Source of the DNA: Patescibacteria group bacterium
GTDB taxonomy: Bacteria; Patescibacteriota; Minisyncoccia; JAHISW01; Tagabacteraceae
Length of the DNA stretch: 32,507 nucleotides
NCBI GenBank assembly: GCA_018819015.1
Contig: JAHJQY010000011.1
Coordinates: 1 to 32,507, forward strand
Reading direction: 5' to 3'
Part shown: piece by piece, positions 26,688 to 32,507 of the stretch
Numbering within the stretch: position 1 is the stretch's first letter
How the letters are laid out: each line of letters begins with the position of its first letter
The notes under the pieces: generated by a model
Told to the model about the DNA's origin: nothing
What the model saw: only the letters and a program-made list of their open reading frames with translations
The model's database searches: none
Translations under genes and position numbers: made by a program

Positions 26688-29600
26688 ATGATAGATAAAT
26701 TTTCTCAAATAAAAATCCCGAAAAAAATTAAAAAACGGGATGGAAGAATTGTTGATTTTGAAAAAGGCCGCGTTGTGGAAGCGGTTTTTAAGGCCTTTGA
26801 AGCCAGCGGCCAGCCGGACCGCGCATTGGCAGAAGATGTCGCGCAAATCACTTTCGGTAAATTAAGCCAGAAATACCTGCCTCGCGGCAAGGCGGGCAAA
26901 AAAAATATTTCCAAAGCAATTCCTTTCATTGAAGAACTTCAGGATATTGTGGAAGAGTCTCTGGTTGAAAAAGGATTTGCCAAAGTTGCCAAGTCTTACA
27001 TTCTTTACCGGCAAAAAAGGGCGGAATTAAGGCGCGAAAAGCAGGAAATTCTGGAAAAAACCGAGATAGATGAAATTGACAAAATGTTTGATTCTAACGC
27101 TTTGCGGGTTTTGAAAAGCCGTTATTTGCGAAAAAACACAAACGGTAAAATAATAGAATCGCCTAAACAACTTTTTCAAAGAGTCGCTATCCATATTGTT
27201 TTGGCAGAAATTGTTCACGATAAGCGCGTTTCGTTAAGGCGTGGAAAGGAAAAAACAGGCGAAGAGGGAATTTTGGAAAACGAGAAGGCCATAGCCCTGG
27301 AAAATTGTTTAAGGATAGGCGGTTATTTCTTGAATCGTTTTCATGTAAAAGGGCTTTATCATTTTTTTAGCCGTTTTGAAAAAGAAGGAAGAACAAAAAT
27401 TAGCTGGGAGGACTTGGTTCGCTTGCTGAAAAATAATCAATTTAGTTCATATCAGAAAAAAATAGACGAATTTTACGAACTTATGGTTTCCCGGGATTTT
27501 ATGCCCAACACGCCGGCTTTGGCTAACTTCGGCAGTTATTTAGGCATGGGGTCTGCTTGTTTTGCTTTGGATATCGGCGATTCCATAGATTCCATAATGG
27601 AAACACTGAAAAGAGCTTCTATTATTTTCAAATCTGGCGGAGGGTTGGGGTATAATTTTTCCAAATTGAGGCCGGAGGGGGATTTTATAAAAACTACCGG
27701 CGGCACATCTTCCGGCCCTTTAAGTTTTATGCGGCTTTTTGACACAATGACCAACGTTGTTAAGCAAGGCGGAATCAGGCGAGGCGCGAATATGGGTATT
27801 ATGAATTCTAATCATCCCGATATAGAAAAGTTTGTGGTTGCCAAGGAGGGCAATGAAGCGCTGACGAATTTTAATATTTCAGTTTTGATAATGCCTGATT
27901 TTTGGGATTGTTATAAAAAAGATAAGCCATATCCGCTGGAAAATCCCAGAACCGGCGAAATTCAGCGTCAAGTTTCTCCAAAAGTTCTTTTTGAAAATAT
28001 AGTTTATCATGCTTGGGAGTCGGCCGAACCGGGAGTGCTTTTTTATGAAAAAATCAATGAGTTTAATCCTTTGTTGAAAGAATTGGGTCCGATTGTGACG
28101 ACTAATCCATGCGTGCCTGACAATACTTGGGTAATGACTTCCAGTGGGCCCCGGCAAGTTAAAGAATTAATCGGTCAAAAAACAGAAGTGGTGGTTGGCG
28201 GCAAAAAATGGTCCAACCGCGGACAGGGCTTTTTTCACACCGGCGACAAACGTCTTTTGAATTTAAAAACAAAAGAGGGGTTTTCAATGTCTTTGACCGG
28301 CAATCATTTGGTGAGAAAAGTAAAAAAACTTACAAGATACGCGATGGATTGTGAGTGGTTGCCGGCGGTTGAGTTAAAAATTGGCGACAAAGTGGCGCTT
28401 AATTTTAATGAAAATTTTTCCTGGGGAGGTCAATATGGAGGAAAAGAAGGATATTTGTTGGGGCACCTTGTGGGCGATGGTGTAATTTGGCGGGGCAAAG
28501 CATTTTTGGAAAGTTGGGGGGAAAGCAAGGGGGAGAAAAAAGTCCGGACAAAAATTGAAGACTCGGTAAAATCTTTTCCTCACAGAGTCGATTTTAAGGG
28601 TTGGGTTTTTAATAAATCGGGAGATAAATATCGGATAACTTCGGCCGCTTTTTCAAAATTGGTAGAAGATTTTGATATTTCAAATAAAAAAATAATAACG
28701 CCGTTTGTTGAGCGGGAGTCTTCAGATTTTTATAAAGGATTTTTAAGGGGATTTTTTGACACCGATGGCTCTGTTCAAGGCAGTCAATTAAAGGGTGTGA
28801 GTGTTCGTTTGGCGCAAAGCGATATAGAACGGCTGGAAGCTGTTCAGAGAATGCTTTTGCGGCTCGGAATATTTTCAAAGATTTATACAAATAGAAGGCC
28901 GGCCGGGTTTCGCAAGATGCCGGATGGCCATGGCGGCCTTAAATCGTATTTTACGAAAGCCAATCATGAATTGGTAATTAGCGGAGAAAATCTTGAGAGG
29001 TTTTATAAAAGAGTGGGTTTTGAAAATTTAGATAAATCGGAAAAACTTGAAAAACTTTTGAAAAAATACAGGCGGATGTTAAACAAGGAAAGATTTTTTG
29101 CCACCGTGTCCGAAATAGTAAAATCCGAAATAAAAAAAGTGTATGATATTCAAATTCCCGGAATTAACGCTTTTGATGCCAATGGTTTTTATGTTCACAA
29201 TTGTGGTGAATTATTGTTGTACCCAAATGAATCATGCAATTTGGGTTCTATCAATCTTTGGAATTTTGTAAAAATTTGCGAAGATGAAAAAAAAGATATT
29301 GATTGGGAAAAGCTGGAAAAGACCGTGCGGCTGGCAGTTCGGTTTTTGGATAATATTATAGATGTTAATCATTTGCCCCTAGTTGAGATAGAAGATATGA
29401 CTTTTAAAACAAGAAAAATAGGACTTGGCGTTATGGGGTTAGGCGATTTGTTTTTTGAGCTTGAATTACCTTACAATTCTCCGGCGGGGCGTGATTTGAT
29501 GGAAAAAATCGCGGAATTTATAAATTACCATTCTAAGCTGGAATCTGTGAAACTGGCCCGGGAAAAAGGAGCTTTCCCGTTGTTTAAAAAGAGTTTTTAC

Positions 29601-30413
29601 GCGGAAGGAAAACTGCCCTTTGCCGGTTTTTATGACAAAAAATCATGGAATTTTGACTGGAAAGAAGTCGCGGATAAAATAAAGAAATATGGTATTAGAA
29701 ATAGTTACACCACCGTTATCGCGCCGACCGGCTCCACATCAATGATTGCAGGATGTTCTTCCGGCATTGAACCGGTTTATTCTCTGGTTTATCAGAAAAA
29801 TGTCGCCGTTGGTTCGTTTTACTATATTGACGCGGTTTTTGAACAGGCCATGCTTCGCGAGGGGTTGTTTGATGAAAATTTAATAACGGACGTTGTTATG
29901 GCCAAAGGGTCGGTTCAGGAGATAAACTATATACCGCCGCGGCTTAAAAAATTTTTTGTGACCAGCCATGATATAAAACCGGAAGACCATATAAAAACTT
30001 TGGCTAGTTTTCAGAAATGGGTGGATTCTTCAATTTCAAAGACGATCAATTTTCCAAAAGAAGCCACGGTGGGGGATATGAAAAAAGCCTATCTTTTGGC
30101 GCATGAGCTGGGCTGCAAGGGAGTGACGGTTTACCGAGATACTTCCATCAAGGGCCAGGTTTTGAACACGGCTTCGGAAAAATCTAAGAGAGCCGACAGG
30201 GGCGACGGGCTTCAAAGAATAAAAGACGAAAAGGCGGAAGGCCTGGTTGTTTATCGCGACGCCTCCACGGTTTATCTGAATGGAAATGGCGGCGAATCCG
30301 CGACGGATTTCAGCGGCAATAAGGCCGCCAAATGCCCGAATTGCAAAATAGAAGTTTCTTTTAAGGAAGGGTGCGCGTCTTGTCCTGTTTGCGGCTGGGG
30401 GCTTTGCGCTTAG
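26688..30413 (+). CDS. nrdJ: Class II (adenosylcobalamin-dependent) ribonucleotide reductase with ATP-cone, intein and C-terminal Zn ribbon
   Basis: IKKRDGRIVDF ATP-cone, FMPNTP, SACF, QGGIRRGANM, NP/CGE, ESCNLGS, IAPTG, SISKTIN, GCKGVTVYRD and EGCASCPVCGW. No nrdB is adjacent. Confidence 0.9.
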   Translation: MIDKFSQIKIPKKIKKRDGRIVDFEKGRVVEAVFKAFEASGQPDRALAEDVAQITFGKLSQKYLPRGKAGKKNISKAIPFIEELQDIVEESLVEKGFAKVAKSYILYRQKRAELRREKQEILEKTEIDEIDKMFDSNALRVLKSRYLRKNTNGKIIESPKQLFQRVAIHIVLAEIVHDKRVSLRRGKEKTGEEGILENEKAIALENCLRIGGYFLNRFHVKGLYHFFSRFEKEGRTKISWEDLVRLLKNNQFSSYQKKIDEFYELMVSRDFMPNTPALANFGSYLGMGSACFALDIGDSIDSIMETLKRASIIFKSGGGLGYNFSKLRPEGDFIKTTGGTSSGPLSFMRLFDTMTNVVKQGGIRRGANMGIMNSNHPDIEKFVVAKEGNEALTNFNISVLIMPDFWDCYKKDKPYPLENPRTGEIQRQVSPKVLFENIVYHAWESAEPGVLFYEKINEFNPLLKELGPIVTTNPCVPDNTWVMTSSGPRQVKELIGQKTEVVVGGKKWSNRGQGFFHTGDKRLLNLKTKEGFSMSLTGNHLVRKVKKLTRYAMDCEWLPAVELKIGDKVALNFNENFSWGGQYGGKEGYLLGHLVGDGVIWRGKAFLESWGESKGEKKVRTKIEDSVKSFPHRVDFKGWVFNKSGDKYRITSAAFSKLVEDFDISNKKIITPFVERESSDFYKGFLRGFFDTDGSVQGSQLKGVSVRLAQSDIERLEAVQRMLLRLGIFSKIYTNRRPAGFRKMPDGHGGLKSYFTKANHELVISGENLERFYKRVGFENLDKSEKLEKLLKKYRRMLNKERFFATVSEIVKSEIKKVYDIQIPGINAFDANGFYVHNCGELLLYPNESCNLGSINLWNFVKICEDEKKDIDWEKLEKTVRLAVRFLDNIIDVNHLPLVEIEDMTFKTRKIGLGVMGLGDLFFELELPYNSPAGRDLMEKIAEFINYHSKLESVKLAREKGAFPLFKKSFYAEGKLPFAGFYDKKSWNFDWKEVADKIKKYGIRNSYTTVIAPTGSTSMIAGCSSGIEPVYSLVYQKNVAVGSFYYIDAVFEQAMLREGLFDENLITDVVMAKGSVQEINYIPPRLKKFFVTSHDIKPEDHIKTLASFQKWVDSSISKTINFPKEATVGDMKKAYLLAHELGCKGVTVYRDTSIKGQVLNTASEKSKRADRGDGLQRIKDEKAEGLVVYRDASTVYLNGNGGESATDFSGNKAAKCPNCKIEVSFKEGCASCPVCGWGLCA
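28110..29201 (+). mobile_element. 364-aa intein with LAGLIDADG homing endonuclease
   Basis: TTNP|CVPDNTWV...TGNH...YLLGHLVGDG...FLRGFFDTDG...VYDIQI...FYVHN|CGE. Confidence 0.95.
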
Positions 30414-30471
30414 TTCTAAAAATTGTTAAAATAATAGTATAAAAATAATTATTATTTTTTCAATTAATAAT

Positions 30472-30810
30472 ATGAATATAAGAGATTTAATAAAATTAAG
30501 ATTAACTAACGAAAAAAAAGAGAGAAAAAATTTGCCCAAAAAGCAGGTAAATTATTTTGTGATCGGCGTCGTAGCAGCAATAATAATTTTAGTGTTAGCC
30601 ACTATTGTTTATTATTTTTATTTTAGAGTTGAACTACTGGAAAAGACTGACGATAAATCAATCATAGTTTATCCGCCGGAGCCGACTAACGCGCCACCGC
30701 TTGAAGAAGACGATTTTCCAAAAGCAACAAATGTTCCGCCGTTTGGGGATGATAGCCCGGCGCCTGACCCGACCAACGCTCAGCCGTTGGAGGATTTAAA
30801 TTTGGAGTAA
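30472..30810 (+). CDS. Single-TM protein with an acidic, Pro-rich repeat tail
   Basis: TM helix followed by PTNAPPLE / ATNVPPFG / PTNAQPLE. Confidence 0.65.
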   Translation: MNIRDLIKLRLTNEKKERKNLPKKQVNYFVIGVVAAIIILVLATIVYYFYFRVELLEKTDDKSIIVYPPEPTNAPPLEEDDFPKATNVPPFGDDSPAPDPTNAQPLEDLNLE

Positions 30811-30812
30811 TT

Positions 30813-31010
30813 ATGTCCAATCAAAACACTAAGCAATTATTAATAACTCTAGCTGTCGTTATCTCTTTATTCCTGGTCAATCAAGCCATCATGGCATGGA
30901 CGGCGCCCAGCGGAGCGCCGCCGTCAAGCAATGCCGCTACACCCATTTCGCCATATGTAGTATTTGTCCATAATTTGTGGTATAGTATGAGATACAAACA
31001 TGGAAATTAA
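30813..31010 (+). pseudogene. Truncated paralog of the 31385-31966 secreted protein (leader module only)
   Basis: Shares ISLFLVNQAIMAWT.P.GAPPSSNAATPI, then diverges abruptly. Confidence 0.7.
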
Positions 31011-31512
31011 TAAAAAAGAACTAAAAGAGATTTTAGAAGGCCAGAGGGAAGAATATCAGAAATATCTCACAAAAGAACGAGAACAATATCAGTCTTACTT
31101 AGGTGTGCTAAAGGAGGATTTTGAGTCTAAAGTTTCTTTGGTTTCGGAACAGTATGTGGATATTAAAAAAACCTTGAATTTTCATACTGATATTTTGGAT
31201 TCTCATACCGAGATGATTGGTTCAATGAAGATTGATATAGAAGTTATTAAGTCAGATGTGGAGTTTATAAAAAATTCTTTAAAAAAGAAAGTTGATTTGG
31301 AAGAATTTGTCGCCCTGGAGAAAAGAGTCATTTTGTTGGAGAAAAGATTAAGCGCCGGCGCGGCGTAATTATATAATTATATCTATGCAAAAAACAAAAC
31401 AAATTCTAGCCACCCTCGCCATAATCATTTCACTATTTCTGGTCAATCAAGCCATCATGGCCTGGACGACTCCGACTGGAGCGCCGCCGTCAAGCAATGC
31501 CGCTACACCCAT
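30873..31512 (+). repeat. Direct repeat of about 74 bp (30873-30946 and 31439-31512)
   Basis: Identical 23-bp block CTGGTCAATCAAGCCATCATGGC and identical 35-bp block at 30912-30946 = 31478-31512. Confidence 0.9.
31000..31368 (+). CDS. Coiled-coil hypothetical protein
   Basis: Heptad pattern, ending EEFVALEKRVILLEKRL. Confidence 0.75.
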   Translation: MEINKKELKEILEGQREEYQKYLTKEREQYQSYLGVLKEDFESKVSLVSEQYVDIKKTLNFHTDILDSHTEMIGSMKIDIEVIKSDVEFIKNSLKKKVDLEEFVALEKRVILLEKRLSAGAA

Positions 31513-31966
31513 CAACACTTCGGCCACCGCTCAAACAAAATCAGGAACATTGATTTCCAGCACAGACATGAGAGCCCCCATATTCTACGATCAAAACAAC
31601 ACCGGCTATTACGTAAGCCCAGATTCAAACTCCTGGCTTTATAGATTATATTCTTACGACATCAGATCCAGTATTTTCTATGATTTGGACAACACCGGAT
31701 ATTATGTTGATCCGGCAAGCACTTCAAAGTTTAATACAATAAATCTTGGAGGGGTGAACAGGAATAGTTGGCCGAGTGCAACTATAAATTATGGCGATTG
31801 CGTAATACTTGAACATTCTGAAGGAGGCCCAAATTGTGATGGTGATAGCAATTATGGCGCTTGGGGTATGTGCCCAACTAATTATGTAATGGTTGGCGCA
31901 ACAACTGGCCTAAGATTTCCAAACGCTTGCGTAGAAGCGCAAGTAAAATGTTGTAGATTACAATAA
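31385..31966 (+). CDS. Secreted fibre/adhesin-like protein with a Cys-rich C-terminal tip
   Basis: Signal peptide, two R..IFYD..NTGYYV.P repeats, and CPTNYVMVG...VKCCRL. Confidence 0.7.
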   Translation: MQKTKQILATLAIIISLFLVNQAIMAWTTPTGAPPSSNAATPINTSATAQTKSGTLISSTDMRAPIFYDQNNTGYYVSPDSNSWLYRLYSYDIRSSIFYDLDNTGYYVDPASTSKFNTINLGGVNRNSWPSATINYGDCVILEHSEGGPNCDGDSNYGAWGMCPTNYVMVGATTGLRFPNACVEAQVKCCRLQ

Positions 31967-31985
31967 TTAGTAAGTTAAAATTATT

Positions 31986-32249
31986 ATGACAAAAAAGAAA
32001 GAAACAACAATTGAAGATTTGGCGGCAATGATAGCCAAAGGATTTGAAGACACGGCGACAAAATCCGATATTAAAAGATTGGATGAAAGAATCAGCCGCT
32101 TAGATCATAGAATGAACGAAAGATTAATTGTTATTGAACGCGATATTGCTGAGATTCGGAGTCATTTTGTCTATCGCGATGAGTTTGAAGATTTGGCGGA
32201 AAGAATGAAATATATAGAGCTTAAACTTGGAATTGAAAGCGGCAAATAA
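31986..32249 (+). CDS. Coiled-coil hypothetical protein
   Basis: TIEDLAAMIAKGFE..ATKSDI...DEFEDLAERMKYIELKLG. Confidence 0.75.
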   Translation: MTKKKETTIEDLAAMIAKGFEDTATKSDIKRLDERISRLDHRMNERLIVIERDIAEIRSHFVYRDEFEDLAERMKYIELKLGIESGK

Positions 32250-32253
32250 TTAT

Positions 32254-32507
32254 ATGAACAGTAAAAATTCTAACAATTCAGATAGCCAAACAACAACCTG
32301 GCCGGCTTTGGATGTTGTTAAGTTTGTTTGCGTGACCATGATGGTGTTCATTCATGCCCATATGGTGCTAATCACGGATTCTTACAGGATTATCAATACC
32401 CATGGATTTTTTTATCAGATTACAAACAAATTAATGTTTCTTGGCTTGTTTTTGACCGCCTTGCCCATGATAGCCGGCGCTGTTTTAAGAATGAACAATA
32501 ATCGCAA
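32254..32507 (+). CDS. 5' part of a membrane acyltransferase-like (DUF1624/HGSNAT-type) protein, running off the right edge
   Basis: Own translation: MNSKN...WPALDVVKFVCVTMMVFIHAH... (LD..K/R....M...H motif). Confidence 0.55.
   Translation, partial: MNSKNSNNSDSQTTTWPALDVVKFVCVTMMVFIHAHMVLITDSYRIINTHGFFYQITNKLMFLGLFLTALPMIAGAVLRMNNNR

Overview
AT-rich bacterial window that reads like a Patescibacteria/CPR (Parcubacteria-like) genome: standard code with TGA as stop, streamlined genes, and AT-rich leaders mostly without Shine-Dalgarno. This assignment is inferred from gene style, not from a search. The core region (4.9-30.4 kb) holds rpe, a split transketolase, a PfkB kinase, ftsK, recA, rpsF-ssb-rpsR, ychF, a PMM/PGM, rnj, a cupin PGI, secG, groES/groEL, lemA-htpX, two tRNAs (Leu-CAG, Ser-GGA) and a class II ribonucleotide reductase with a homing-endonuclease intein at its active site. 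The first 3.7 kb is the unusual part. It is a mosaic of fused gene fragments: a DpnA-type methylase stub, an in-frame DpnI-nuclease/DGR-type reverse transcriptase chimera, a PD-(D/E)XK tail, a headless XseB ending in an SSB-like DIPF tip, and DUF262 pieces. These surround an intact, GC-richer DUF5701-like gene that looks like a DGR target, and a roughly 150-nt structured, possibly bistable or pseudoknotted ncRNA candidate. No DGR template repeat was found in the window. Short palindromic elements sit in frame inside several housekeeping genes. The right end carries a duplicated secreted-protein plus coiled-coil module. All family assignments come from motif recognition by eye.
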